Source: an uncultured cyanobacterium | Lineage (GTDB): Bacteria > Cyanobacteriota > Cyanobacteriia > CAKZMO01 | Direction of reading: 5' to 3' | Length of the DNA stretch: 64,000 bases | NCBI GenBank assembly: GCA_963719515.1 | Contig: CAVRCJ010000011.1 | Span: 384,001-448,000 of the forward strand | In this document: positions 29,749 through 40,034 of the stretch, one piece after another | Position numbering within the stretch: the stretch's first letter is position 1 | How the letters are laid out: each line of letters opens with the position of its first letter | The notes under the pieces: generated by a model | The model's input: only the letters and a program-made list of their open reading frames with translations | What the model was told of the DNA's origin: nothing | Databases searched by the model: none | Made by a program: the position numbers and the translations under genes

Positions 29749-31317
29749 ATGCTACCTTCACCCCACTACAGCAATGTTGACTCTGATTACAGTCTGCTTC
29801 AGGCGTTCATGCCCGAGAACAGCCTATCTGGCCCCCTCGCAGCTGTGGCGCCAACCTCGTTTCAACAGCTCTATCCTGCAGGCCTAGATTCCGCGTTTGG
29901 CGCGATAGACCTCTCCGCCGATACAGCATTCGCGCCAGCCCTATCGGCGATAGTCCCAGGTCTAGAGACAACCGCCGTAACGGACCTCGCGGGCAGCCTT
30001 CCCGAGGGCGATATCAACGCCGCTGCTGGACCTGGGGCTGCTGGACCTGGGACCGCTGGGACTGAGGCTACTGGACCTGAAATAGATCCACCGATTGACG
30101 TCCTGCCCGATCTGACGGGCCTTACCAATCAGCCGCTTATCGGAATTATCGACACGGGGTTCCCCCCAGATATCTTGACGCTCGGGTCAGTCGTGTTTTT
30201 AGGGAGCGATCGCATTGATGCCGACAGCAACCCCCTGGTGCTACTAGAGGACTCGGTGCCTGAAGCGCTAGCGCCCGAAATGCTAGCGCTTGAAACAGTA
30301 GACCCCAGCATCTCAGCAACAATCTCGGGCTATGCAGCCGAGATTGTTGCGGCACCCGATGGCGCAGAACCCCTATGGCTAGGGCGGGCAGACGGATTAG
30401 AAACCTGGGCCGCGTCGCTGATTGAATTTGTCGACACCTCGATTGCTCTAGGATTTGATAGCGCGGTGGTCAGCCTGAATGTGGATTTGGTTGAGCCTAA
30501 TATTCCTGGGCTTGATGCTGGGCTTGATGCGGCCTCACCAGATACCGCTGTCATTTCAGACCCAGCACTCGACGTCTTTTCCAGCGCTGCCGACACCCCT
30601 GATTCTGTCGTCCCGAGGTCGCAGCTGACGCTTGTCGAGCAGGTCGCGCTCAATTATGCCCGTCAAAACAATGTGCTCATCGTCCTACCAGCGGGGGATA
30701 CGACCTCACCCTCTAGCTTCGTTGAAGCGACCCTACCGTTTGACAACGTAGTTACGGTGGGCAGCGCGCCCGATACGCCGCCGCTGAGCTACGGTGACGG
30801 CATTGACCTGCTGACCTCTGGGGAGAAGCTAGCGCCCGCTCTAGAGGCTAGTATTTCGGTGACGGAGGATGGTTCAACCAGTGCCGCTTCAACGAGTACC
30901 GTCTCAGCCAGCGCTGACCCACTTCTCGCCCCGCATCACGATACAGAATCTTCCCTATCGAGTAGCGCAGCGACGGGAGAAGGCGATTTCGTCCTCCTTC
31001 CCAGCGCCGTCCTTGCGGCAGCGCGAGTCACAAGCGCGATCGCCCAAATTTGGAGCGTCAATCCAGACCTCAGCACGCTACAGGTAATCGATACCCTGGT
31101 GACAACCGCTCTCCCTACAGGGGTCCCACCAAATCTGACTCCCGAAGAACCTGATGACGCTCCGCTACTGGAGCCTGGACGCCTAGACCTAGAAACGGCC
31201 TTAGCCACAGCGCCAACGCTAGAAGGCGAAATCTATCTCCCCGAGCCAATAGCCTTTGAGTCATCTGTAGTTTTTGCTGCAGACTTTACCGCAGCCTCAA
31301 GCGACGTTCTAGGATAG
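29749..31317 (+). CDS. Subtilase (S8)-like acidic protein with degenerate catalytic motifs
   Basis: PLIGIIDTGF Asp motif, PLWLGRA...WAASLIEFVD and AAARVTSAIAQIWSVNPDL segments; no HGT or GTS motif. Confidence 0.7.
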   Translation: MLPSPHYSNVDSDYSLLQAFMPENSLSGPLAAVAPTSFQQLYPAGLDSAFGAIDLSADTAFAPALSAIVPGLETTAVTDLAGSLPEGDINAAAGPGAAGPGTAGTEATGPEIDPPIDVLPDLTGLTNQPLIGIIDTGFPPDILTLGSVVFLGSDRIDADSNPLVLLEDSVPEALAPEMLALETVDPSISATISGYAAEIVAAPDGAEPLWLGRADGLETWAASLIEFVDTSIALGFDSAVVSLNVDLVEPNIPGLDAGLDAASPDTAVISDPALDVFSSAADTPDSVVPRSQLTLVEQVALNYARQNNVLIVLPAGDTTSPSSFVEATLPFDNVVTVGSAPDTPPLSYGDGIDLLTSGEKLAPALEASISVTEDGSTSAASTSTVSASADPLLAPHHDTESSLSSSAATGEGDFVLLPSAVLAAARVTSAIAQIWSVNPDLSTLQVIDTLVTTALPTGVPPNLTPEEPDDAPLLEPGRLDLETALATAPTLEGEIYLPEPIAFESSVVFAADFTAASSDVLG

Positions 31318-31334
31318 CCCTTTAGCGCCATCCC

Positions 31335-33020
31335 CTACGGCATCACCGTTTGACAGCGCGAGTGGGCTGAAATGTGCTGGGCGGATTCGGGCGTATGCTT
31401 CAGCAGACCGTACTCCAAGCCCTCTACTACCGCCTGGTAAGAGGCATCTAGAATATTGGTCGAGACGCCTACCGTAGTCCAGCGCTGCTGCCCGTCTCCC
31501 GACTCAATGAGAACGCGGGTTTTTGCTGCGGTGCCAGCGGCTCCGTCGAGAATCCGCACTTTGTAGTCTAGTAGCTGAAACTGAGCGATCGCCGGATAGA
31601 AGCGCGCCAAGGCTTTACGCAGGGCAGCGTCGAGGGCCGACACCGGTCCATTCCCCTCAGCGACTTCTAGCAGGTCTTGATCTCCAACGGTCACCTTTAG
31701 CGTGGCCAGGGAATTGCTGTGCCACAGGTCGGCGCTAGGGGCAACTTCGCAATGCACCTGAAATCCTTTTAGCTCAAATAGGCAGTACCGCTCCCCAATT
31801 GCCCCCCGCATTAGCAGCTCGAAGCTAGCCTCCGCCGCCTCAAACTGGTATCCCCGGCTCTCTAACGTCTTGAGCCGCTGCAGAATCTGCCCACAGGCGG
31901 GGTCCTCCCGCTCAAGCTCGATACCAAAGTGACGGGCCTTAGCCAGCACGTTGCTCAGCCCCGCCTGGTCGGAAATCACGATACGGCGCTGATTGCCGAC
32001 GGCCTCTGGAGAAATATGCTCATAGGTAAGCGGGTTACGCTGCACGGCGCTGACGTGGATGCCGCCTTTATGGGCAAACGCCGACAGGCCGACGAACGGG
32101 GCATGGTCGTCGGGCGCGAGGTTCACCACCTCGCTGACGAACCGACTGGTGTCCGTCAGCTGCTGGAGCTGCTGCTCAGGGACGCAGGCGTAGCCCAGCT
32201 TGAGCTGCAGGTTGGCAATTAGGGTACAGAGGTCGGCGTTGCCGCACCGCTCGCCGTAGCCGTTGATGGTCCCTTGGACCATCTGTGCCCCTTCCCTGAC
32301 GGCGGCGATCGCATTGGCGACGGCAGTGCCAGAGTCGTTGTGGGTGTGGATACCGAGGCCGGGTCCCAGGGCATTCTGGGCAGCTGAACCCGTTAGCCCA
32401 GTCTGCGGGCCTGTCTGCACCGCCGTATGGTCTACGACAGCCTTCACGGTTTCAGCCACGTCATGGGGCAAGGTGCCGCCGTTCGTATCGCATAGGACAA
32501 CCCAGTCCACCCCAGCAGCGATCGCGACCCGTAGGGTCTCTAGGGCGTAGCTGGGGTTATGGCGATAGCCGTCAAACCAGTGCTCGGCGTCATAAATGAC
32601 GCGACGGTTGTGCTGCCGGAAAAAGCGCACGGTGTCATCAATCATCGCTAGGTTCTCCTCTAGCGTAGTCTTGAGGCCATCGGTAACCTGCAGGTCCCAT
32701 GACTTTCCAAATAGAGTTATCCAGCGGGTGCTGGCCGCTAGGACGGGCTGCAGCATGGCATCGCTATCGGCAGCGCGATTGGGGCGTCGCGTCGAGCAAA
32801 AGGCAACCACTTCGGCCTGAGTCAGGGGCTGCTCTTGAAGCTGCCAGAAAAACTGGACGTCCTTGGGGTTGGCTCCTGGCCATCCGCCCTCAATAAACGG
32901 CACTCCGAGGTGATCGAGCTTCCGCGCGATGCGAATCTTGTCGTCGCTAGACAGGGCCAAGCCTTCGCGCTGCGCGCCGTCTCGCAGCGTCGTATCGTAT
33001 ATAAAAAGGGGTTGAGTCAT
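31335..33020 (-). CDS. cimA: Citramalate synthase
   Basis: YDTTLRDGAQREG, IYDAEHWFDGY, HTHND, GERCGNA and AFAHKGGIHVSAV motifs; LeuA-type regulatory domain. Confidence 0.93.
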   Translation of the reverse strand: MTQPLFIYDTTLRDGAQREGLALSSDDKIRIARKLDHLGVPFIEGGWPGANPKDVQFFWQLQEQPLTQAEVVAFCSTRRPNRAADSDAMLQPVLAASTRWITLFGKSWDLQVTDGLKTTLEENLAMIDDTVRFFRQHNRRVIYDAEHWFDGYRHNPSYALETLRVAIAAGVDWVVLCDTNGGTLPHDVAETVKAVVDHTAVQTGPQTGLTGSAAQNALGPGLGIHTHNDSGTAVANAIAAVREGAQMVQGTINGYGERCGNADLCTLIANLQLKLGYACVPEQQLQQLTDTSRFVSEVVNLAPDDHAPFVGLSAFAHKGGIHVSAVQRNPLTYEHISPEAVGNQRRIVISDQAGLSNVLAKARHFGIELEREDPACGQILQRLKTLESRGYQFEAAEASFELLMRGAIGERYCLFELKGFQVHCEVAPSADLWHSNSLATLKVTVGDQDLLEVAEGNGPVSALDAALRKALARFYPAIAQFQLLDYKVRILDGAAGTAAKTRVLIESGDGQQRWTTVGVSTNILDASYQAVVEGLEYGLLKHTPESAQHISAHSRCQTVMP

Positions 33021-33133
33021 TACGTCACTCAATCAGCGCTAATCTAGCTTTAAAGCCTAGTGCAGGATTTGGGAATTTACCTAGGGCTTAGCAAGTCTTG
33101 ATATGCTACAGCTAATGCGACAGAGATTCGACG

Positions 33134-33511
33134 ATGCCCGAAGTAACCGTTTATAGCCCAGCAGAACAGGACTACGTTTTGACCTGCGATCGCGGTGACA
33201 ATTTACGGGAGGTGCTGCTGAACCACGGGGTGAACTTGTACAACGGACGAGCAGCCCTGATCAACTGCCACGGCTTGGGGACCTGCGGAACTTGCGCGGT
33301 TAGGATCGAGAGCGAGACGGAGGGCGCTGCATCACCCCCCAACTGGCGCGACAAAGCGCGGCGATCGCTGCCGCCTCATTCTCCCGACCGCGATCTGCGT
33401 CTAGCTTGCCAAACGCAGGTATTCGGCGATATTTCAATCACCAAATTTGATGGATTCTGGGGCCAGGGCACGAAGGCCGTAGCGGTAAGCCATCAGACTC
33501 CCCTAGAATAG
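33134..33511 (+). CDS. 2Fe-2S ferredoxin-like protein
   Basis: CHGLGTCGTC...RLACQ cluster motif. Confidence 0.92.
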   Translation: MPEVTVYSPAEQDYVLTCDRGDNLREVLLNHGVNLYNGRAALINCHGLGTCGTCAVRIESETEGAASPPNWRDKARRSLPPHSPDRDLRLACQTQVFGDISITKFDGFWGQGTKAVAVSHQTPLE

Positions 33512-33569
33512 AACGTAGTAGATAATGTCGTTTGATTATCGGCATTAGCGACGCAGCAGACGCTGGGAG

Positions 33570-34016
33570 GTGGGTTTGGACCAGGTAATTGGAATCTTGA
33601 TCGTGGCGCTCATAATTTCGATCGTCATTGGGGCGATCGCTAGCGGCGCGCAGCGGCTGCTTGGGTTTGGCATCATTGCGGCGATCGCCACGGCGCTCAT
33701 CGGCGCAGTAACCGGATCTAGCTTTTCGCTACCCAACGTGGTGGGCGCTATTCAGCCCAACTCTGGTTTACCAGAGCGCATTGAGACCATCAATCCCGCA
33801 GCTGGCAGAACCACGGCGGCCCCAAGCAGCTCATTTGGCGAAGGCCAAATTGGCACCCCAGGTGCCGCTGATAATGGAGCCAATAACGGGGCCGCCACCT
33901 CGGGCGGTTCGGCAGCTGCCCCAGCGGGAACAGGCAGCACTGGGACAGGCAGCTCGGGCAGCGCCGGGGTAGGCACGCCCGCCAGTGAGTCTCGTCCTGT
34001 CAACGCACTGTGGTAG
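33570..34016 (+). CDS. Hypothetical membrane protein with a Gly/Ser-rich tail ending PVNALW
   Basis: Two TM helices, GGAGG RBS before the GTG start. Confidence 0.7.
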   Translation: MGLDQVIGILIVALIISIVIGAIASGAQRLLGFGIIAAIATALIGAVTGSSFSLPNVVGAIQPNSGLPERIETINPAAGRTTAAPSSSFGEGQIGTPGAADNGANNGAATSGGSAAAPAGTGSTGTGSSGSAGVGTPASESRPVNALW

Positions 34017-34098
34017 CCTGTCAAAACGCGATCGCCACTTCAACTAGCCAAGACTAGCCGAGAAAATTGACGTTAAGCTACCCTTTGAGTTCACGAGC

Positions 34099-36207
34099 GT
34101 GACTGATGTTCTTGTTTTGGGCGGCGGCATCATTGGACTCGCCATCGCCGTAGAGCTACGGCTGCGGGGAGCTACCGTAACCGTGCTCACTCGTGATTTT
34201 CAGGAGGCAGCGGCTCGGGCGGCGGCGGGAATGCTTGCGCCCCATGCAGAGGCCCTTCCTCCCGGACCGCTGCTCGATTTTTGCCGCTATAGCCTGCAGC
34301 TCTACCCGGATTGGATTGACACTCTAGAAGCCTTAAGCAACCAGTCCACCGGGTACTGGCCCTGCGGAATTCTAGCGCCACAGTACGACCCCCTTCACCC
34401 TCAACCCAACGGGGGTGCAACCCATACCACAGGCCAATGGCTAGATGCTGAAGCGATTCGCCATGCTCAGCCTGGACTAGGATCTGAAGTTCAAGGCGGA
34501 TGGTGGTTTCCAGAAGACGGTCAGATCGATAACCGCCGGCTCTTTCAGGCAATTCACCAGGCAGCAAAAGCGCTGGGAGTCGTGGTTCACACTGGGGTTG
34601 AGGTTGAGACAATAACCCATCACGGCGATCGCGTTACCGGCGTTCGCGTAAGCGGCGCTTTAGAGCGTGGCGCTCTAGTGAGTAGCGCTCCAGTGAGTGG
34701 CGCTCAAACTAGCTCCCCCATCACCCGATGGCAAGCTGACCATTACGTTGTCGCTACGGGAGCTTGGGCGCGGCAGCTAGTTCCCGTGCCGGTTCAGCCC
34801 TGTAAAGGCGAAATGCTCGCCGTCCGCTGCCCAGAGACCGCGCCTCCCCTGCAGCAGGTGCTGTTTGGCCCTGACATATACATCGTGCCGCGCCGCGATG
34901 GACGGATTGTTATTGGGGCCACGATGGAGCCTGGAATGACCCCGGGCAATACGCCCCAGGGAATGCAGCAGCTGTTAGCGCGCGCGATTCGCCTTTACCC
35001 AGGGCTCAAGTCTTACCCAATTGAGGACTGCTGGTGGGGGTTCCGCCCGCAGACGCCGGACGAGATGCCGATTTTAGGAGCAGGGCACTGTCACAACCTC
35101 ACCCTCGCCATCGGCCACCACCGCAACGGCATCTTGATGGCCCCGGCCACCGCCCAGCTCGTAGCCAACCAGATTTGGCCCGCTGCTGATAGTGCATCCA
35201 AAAGCGCGATCGAACCAGGCATCGATATTAAGCAGTTTAGCTGGACCCGGTTTTTAGGCCAGGCCGCCGCGCTCCCAACGCCTCCGACTGCTGCCCTCAC
35301 CGACCCAAGAATCGATACAATAGTTCACCCATCCCTTAGCGACCCTACCCCAGCTATGTCACCCCAAATCGCTGCCCCTCCGTCCAACGCCACATCGACT
35401 CTCTCAGTGCCCGTTGACGACGGGCTAGTCATTGCCGGCCGGACGTTCCGCTCCCGCCTGATGACCGGGACGGGGAAATACCGCAGCTTTGACCACATGC
35501 GGCAGGCGATCGCCATCAGCGGCTGCGAGATTGTGACGGTGGCGGTGCGCCGCGTTCAGACGGCGGCCTCCGGTCACGAGGGGTTGGCCGAAGCTCTAGA
35601 CTGGACAAAACTATGGATGCTGCCCAACACCGCAGGCTGCAAAACTGCCGAAGACGCGGTGCGGGTGGCGCGGCTTGGCCGAGAGATGGCGAAGCTCTTG
35701 GGTCAGGAGGACAACAATTTCGTCAAGCTCGAAGTCATTCCCGACGCCAAGTACCTGCTGCCCGACCCTATCGGCACGCTGCAGGCGGCTGAGCAGCTCG
35801 TGAAAGAGGGGTTTGCCGTCTTGCCCTATATCAACGCTGACCCCCTGCTGGCCCGTCGATTGGAGGAGGCAGGATGCGCCACGGTGATGCCTTTAGGCTC
35901 CCCGATTGGCTCGGGGCAGGGGATCAAAAACGCCGCCAATATTCAAATCATCGTGGAAACCGCCACCGTACCCGTGGTGGTGGATGCGGGCATCGGCACC
36001 CCCAGCGAAGCCGCCCAGGCCATGGAGTTAGGCGCTGATGCACTGCTAGTCAACACGGCGATCGCCCAGGCAGAAAACCCAGTCGCGATGGCCAAGGCAA
36101 TGGCGCTAGCCGCCGACGCGGGCTGGCTGGCTGCCAGCGCAGGCCGCGTTCCCGTCAAATCCTACGCTAGCGCGAGTTCGCCGCAGACGGGAACTATAAC
36201 GTCCTAG
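34099..36207 (+). CDS. thiG: Fused glycine oxidase ThiO / thiazole synthase ThiG
   Basis: GGGIIG FAD motif, AAAGML and GHHRNGIL (ThiO); [23 protein letters not shown] and [12 protein letters not shown] (ThiG). Confidence 0.95.
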   Translation: MTDVLVLGGGIIGLAIAVELRLRGATVTVLTRDFQEAAARAAAGMLAPHAEALPPGPLLDFCRYSLQLYPDWIDTLEALSNQSTGYWPCGILAPQYDPLHPQPNGGATHTTGQWLDAEAIRHAQPGLGSEVQGGWWFPEDGQIDNRRLFQAIHQAAKALGVVVHTGVEVETITHHGDRVTGVRVSGALERGALVSSAPVSGAQTSSPITRWQADHYVVATGAWARQLVPVPVQPCKGEMLAVRCPETAPPLQQVLFGPDIYIVPRRDGRIVIGATMEPGMTPGNTPQGMQQLLARAIRLYPGLKSYPIEDCWWGFRPQTPDEMPILGAGHCHNLTLAIGHHRNGILMAPATAQLVANQIWPAADSASKSAIEPGIDIKQFSWTRFLGQAAALPTPPTAALTDPRIDTIVHPSLSDPTPAMSPQIAAPPSNATSTLSVPVDDGLVIAGRTFRSRLMTGTGKYRSFDHMRQAIAISGCEIVTVAVRRVQTAASGHEGLAEALDWTKLWMLPNTAGCKTAEDAVRVARLGREMAKLLGQEDNNFVKLEVIPDAKYLLPDPIGTLQAAEQLVKEGFAVLPYINADPLLARRLEEAGCATVMPLGSPIGSGQGIKNAANIQIIVETATVPVVVDAGIGTPSEAAQAMELGADALLVNTAIAQAENPVAMAKAMALAADAGWLAASAGRVPVKSYASASSPQTGTITS

Positions 36208-36340
36208 GGGCGCTGCGCCTGCCGTGGAGTCTCGAACTACGTCAAAAGGCTCAACTTTTTGATAAACTCAACATCAAACGTGACTTATTGTTACGTTTTT
36301 GTTACAATCGATGAAACTAAAGTAGCTAAGGAAATTTCCC

Positions 36341-36511
36341 ATGCCATATACCGTAGAAGAAGGTGGTCGCCTCAACAACTTCGCCGCTGAGCCCAAGGTT
36401 TACCAGGCTGAGCCCCCGAACCCCACGCAAAAGCGTAACTACATCGTTCTTGCGGTCGGAGCTGCTGTCTTAATTGCAGGCGTGCTTTCTATTGCGGTTT
36501 CCGTTTCTTAG
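36341..36511 (+). CDS. psb34: Photosystem II assembly factor Psb34 (Ssl1498 family), 56 aa (not in the ORF track)
   Basis: MPYTVEEGGRLNNFAAEPKVYQAEPPNPTQKRNY followed by a single TM helix. Confidence 0.92.
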   Translation: MPYTVEEGGRLNNFAAEPKVYQAEPPNPTQKRNYIVLAVGAAVLIAGVLSIAVSVS

Positions 36512-36629
36512 CAGGGTCTTGTTAACGCAGCGGCGTGGGCAGGCACGATGTCGTAAGCAAAACGCAAGCGGCCAACTCTTATCTGTTTGCCTAAGTTAGC
36601 TGCTAAGACTTACTTTATATTCCAAATTG

Positions 36630-36665
36630 AGGGTCAGATTCTAAGTTATAGAGTCTGACCCTTTC
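36630..36665 (+). terminator. Intrinsic terminator after psb34
   Basis: AGGGTCAGATTCTA-AGTTA-TAGAGTCTGACCCT stem followed by T residues. Confidence 0.65.
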
Positions 36666-36797
36666 CTATTGCTGTCACTCCTCATTTCCATCCTGACCCT
36701 AGACCTGCCAAGCCGTAAAGATAGCTATAGTGCTGGTCCTGACAACCATGACGCTACATCCCAGTTACTGACGCCGATACCGGGTTTGGAAGTTGCC

Positions 36798-39731
36798 GTG
36801 ACAGACATCCTTTTACGCCAATCGCTTGATGTGAATACAAAGATTTATAATCGTCTGAAGGCCGCGCTGCGACTAAACTTGAGGCGGCAAATCTTTGTTG
36901 CGGTCTGTGACGACCTGGCCTTACGCGATCGCCTTGCGGACCAGCTTCAAAAGGAAGTTACCTACGCCGCGATTAGCGCCAGACGGCGGGGTCAGCTCGC
37001 AGAGGCAAGACGGCTGCGTATCTATCCGCGTCTGGTCACTCTGCACCTAGATTTAGCAGACCCAAACCCCATCAACCAGATGTCTCAGTGGCTGCGACAG
37101 TTTCCCCCACCGGCTGCCGCCGGGTCAGCAATGCCCGCCTTCCAGCTGTTGGGGATCGAGCAGCTCAGCCGTCAGCCCGCCTCGAGCCAGTGGCTGTTTC
37201 TAAACCATCTGCAGAGCGTCGAGCGGAGTTTACCGGCCTTAGAGTCGAGCCTGCTGCTCTGGGTTCCCCGACCCTGGGGCAGGATGATTCCTCAGTCAGC
37301 GCCAGACTTTTGGCGCTGCCGCACCGCCGTGTTCGAATTCGAAGGCGACCCCACCCCGCTCCCCGCCGCAGCGCTGCCTCAATCCACGGTGCCCACCAGC
37401 ATCTTTATTCAGCCCCAGCGACAGTCCCCCCTCCCCAAGGCCACCTCTCAAGGAACAATAGATCTATCGCCCGATGAAGTGGCTCTGCTCAAGTCCGAGC
37501 TACCAATGCCGTCCTCTGATATGGCTCCCCTTCCGTCTTCCCTTTCCAGTGGCGATGGCGCGAGCTCCATGGCTGCGCTGCCAGCAGCTGATGGGACGTC
37601 AGTCTCTAAAACATCCCCCGAGCCCATTGAGGCATCGCCTACTGGAGCGGACACCCCCATTACCCATGACGAGCAGACAACCGCTGCCTCTATTTCAGCG
37701 CCTTCTACAGAAGATTTGCCCCCCCCTCAGCAGCCCTCCCCAGCAGAGAAACCCAGTAGCCCACCGCTAACAACGCCTTTAACACCGCCCAACGCGGCTC
37801 AAGCCCAAGACTTAGGTCAGGCCTTACGAGAGCTGCTCGGTGATTCGGCTTCTGGCCCAGACGAGTCGGCTACTACCGACCCTTCAGCTGACATGGCTCA
37901 TAGCGAGGAGCGCGACGCTGGTGCGGAGGCGGTACCAGATAGCGCTCTGCAGAATGGCCTGCAGAATGACGCCGTGGAGAGTGAGACGGTGCAGAACGAC
38001 ACCGTGCAGAACGACACCGTGCCAAACGTTATCCCGTACAGCGAGGCTGCGCAACAAGACGCAGCACCGTTCGAAACAAGTCACACCGACAGAGTCCCGC
38101 CAGACCCCCTACCCATCGCTCAAGCGGATAGCGAGATATACCACCTAGAGCCAGAGGAAGACAACCTTGAGCAAGACGATACGTTTGACGTCCCCTTAGG
38201 GCTACCGCCGCTTGCGGATACCTTCACGCTAGACGACCTTGACCCATTCGATCCCGCTGACTTAGACCTCACTGTATCTGGGGATTCAGAAGAGTCCATC
38301 GACCCCTCTACGCGCTACGACGTAGACTACAGCGACAGTGAAACCGGCGACGATGAGCTAGAAATTGTTGACGCTGCTCCCCACTATGTCTATTCTGGGG
38401 TCGTAGATTCACCCTCTCAATCGGCATCCGCACCCGCGATGCCCGCACCGTCAAACCTAATGCAGCTGTTTGCCGACGAGGCCAGCGATCCCCGCGTTCT
38501 CAACATTCTCAGTCAGATCAGAGGCCTCCAGGATCAGCAAGCTCCGCCGACGGTACTTGCAGGCGCTTACCGAGCCTTAGGCAATCTATTCCGCGATCGC
38601 ATTGAGCAGGGGGAGATTTCTCCGCCAACCCTCCAGCGGGCCATGGCTGCCTACGAGCAGGTATTGCACTATACCCCCGAGTCCTCGCCGATGCGGGCCG
38701 AGGTTCTCAACGACATGGGTAACCTCAGCTGGCTGCTCTCCCGCTGCAGCCAAGGCCCGGAGCAGTGCTTGCCCCATCTACACCACAGCATCCAGTCCTA
38801 TCAGCAGGCGCTCGTGCAGATTGCTCCCGATACCCATCCCCAGACCTACCCCATGATTCAAAACAATCTAGGGGCGGCCTACGGGGACTTGGCCCGCTAT
38901 CAGAATCCGGCGGAAAACCTGCAAAAGTCGACCCAAGCGTACCAAGAAGCGCTGCGCTACCGTAGCGCTGAGCAAGATCCGATGCGCTATGCCTCAACCC
39001 AAAACAACCTGGGCACCACCTATTGGAACTTAGCCCAGCACCAAGAGCCTATCCATCACCTGAAAGCGGCGATCGCCTCCTATGACAGTGCCCTGACTTA
39101 CTATAAGCCTGAGCAGGATGCCCTCAACTACGCCATGATTCAGAACAATCTGGGCACCGCCTACTGGAACTTGGCCCAGCATGAGCATTCTGAAGAATGG
39201 CTCCGTCAGGCTATCAACGCCTATCAGCTGGCCCTAGAGTACCGGACGCTAACCGCCTCCCCTGCTGCCTTCGCCGCAACGCAAAACAATCTTGGAACAG
39301 CCCATTGGCACGTCGCTAACTACATCGATGAAGAACCCCAAGCGCGCTTTAATTCCTTGCAGCAGGCGATGCGCGCCTATGAAGCCGCACTGCAGGCCGT
39401 AGACTATTTGCAGCAGAGTGATCGCCCCACGCCGCTCAACTTTGACGTGACGGCAACCCGCAACAATCTGGGGCTAGTGCAGTACCAAACGGCCACCGAT
39501 AGCCAGTTTGACACCGCTGAGCTAAGCGAGACCTACCTCAATACCGCCTTAGAGCATCATCTTGCGGCCTTACAGGGATGGCAAGGTCGACCCGAACTTC
39601 GGCAGACGGCAATGAACTGCGTCATTCAAACGCTGCAGGCAATCTACAAGACCAAAGGACTGGTGGGGCAGAATCTTGCGCTCTCCAATGTCCCCGGTCA
39701 GCTGCTGCCCGAAATTTTGCCTAAGCTGTGA
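36798..39731 (+). CDS. Tetratricopeptide repeat protein with a long acidic/Pro-rich linker (start uncertain)
   Basis: Repeated YAMIQNNLGTAYWNLA TPR units; N-terminal APDFWRCRTAVFEF domain. Confidence 0.88.
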   Translation: MTDILLRQSLDVNTKIYNRLKAALRLNLRRQIFVAVCDDLALRDRLADQLQKEVTYAAISARRRGQLAEARRLRIYPRLVTLHLDLADPNPINQMSQWLRQFPPPAAAGSAMPAFQLLGIEQLSRQPASSQWLFLNHLQSVERSLPALESSLLLWVPRPWGRMIPQSAPDFWRCRTAVFEFEGDPTPLPAAALPQSTVPTSIFIQPQRQSPLPKATSQGTIDLSPDEVALLKSELPMPSSDMAPLPSSLSSGDGASSMAALPAADGTSVSKTSPEPIEASPTGADTPITHDEQTTAASISAPSTEDLPPPQQPSPAEKPSSPPLTTPLTPPNAAQAQDLGQALRELLGDSASGPDESATTDPSADMAHSEERDAGAEAVPDSALQNGLQNDAVESETVQNDTVQNDTVPNVIPYSEAAQQDAAPFETSHTDRVPPDPLPIAQADSEIYHLEPEEDNLEQDDTFDVPLGLPPLADTFTLDDLDPFDPADLDLTVSGDSEESIDPSTRYDVDYSDSETGDDELEIVDAAPHYVYSGVVDSPSQSASAPAMPAPSNLMQLFADEASDPRVLNILSQIRGLQDQQAPPTVLAGAYRALGNLFRDRIEQGEISPPTLQRAMAAYEQVLHYTPESSPMRAEVLNDMGNLSWLLSRCSQGPEQCLPHLHHSIQSYQQALVQIAPDTHPQTYPMIQNNLGAAYGDLARYQNPAENLQKSTQAYQEALRYRSAEQDPMRYASTQNNLGTTYWNLAQHQEPIHHLKAAIASYDSALTYYKPEQDALNYAMIQNNLGTAYWNLAQHEHSEEWLRQAINAYQLALEYRTLTASPAAFAATQNNLGTAHWHVANYIDEEPQARFNSLQQAMRAYEAALQAVDYLQQSDRPTPLNFDVTATRNNLGLVQYQTATDSQFDTAELSETYLNTALEHHLAALQGWQGRPELRQTAMNCVIQTLQAIYKTKGLVGQNLALSNVPGQLLPEILPKL

Positions 39732-40034
39732 TTCTTTCTCACTTTCCTCAATTGTTGTAGCTTTTAGCACATGACCTACCGACAAAGGTTGTGTTAGCCT
39801 TAAAAGAGTCAGGGGGTTGACTGCTATTGGACTTGAGCAGGGCTTTCGCAACCTTTCACTGAGCCAAACTGAGCTAATATTAGCTGCATTCGCCGCGCTG
39901 CTTTGGGTGATGCAGGTGTCTAAATACACTTTTGAGCAGTAAGCGTTTTGACCAGTGGGTCTACCAAATCCAGGCTCAATCTCTGCCTGGCTCAATTCGA
40001 CGCAGGTACACCTGATCTTTATTACCCCTAGGCA

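Noticed and set aside
34099..36207. ThiO-ThiG fusion as a novelty
   Set aside because: This fusion is already known in cyanobacteria.
36290..36308. GTTACGTT/GTTACAAT repeat upstream of psb34 as an HLR1 site
   Set aside because: The period is 11 bp rather than the canonical 10 bp, so it is not called.
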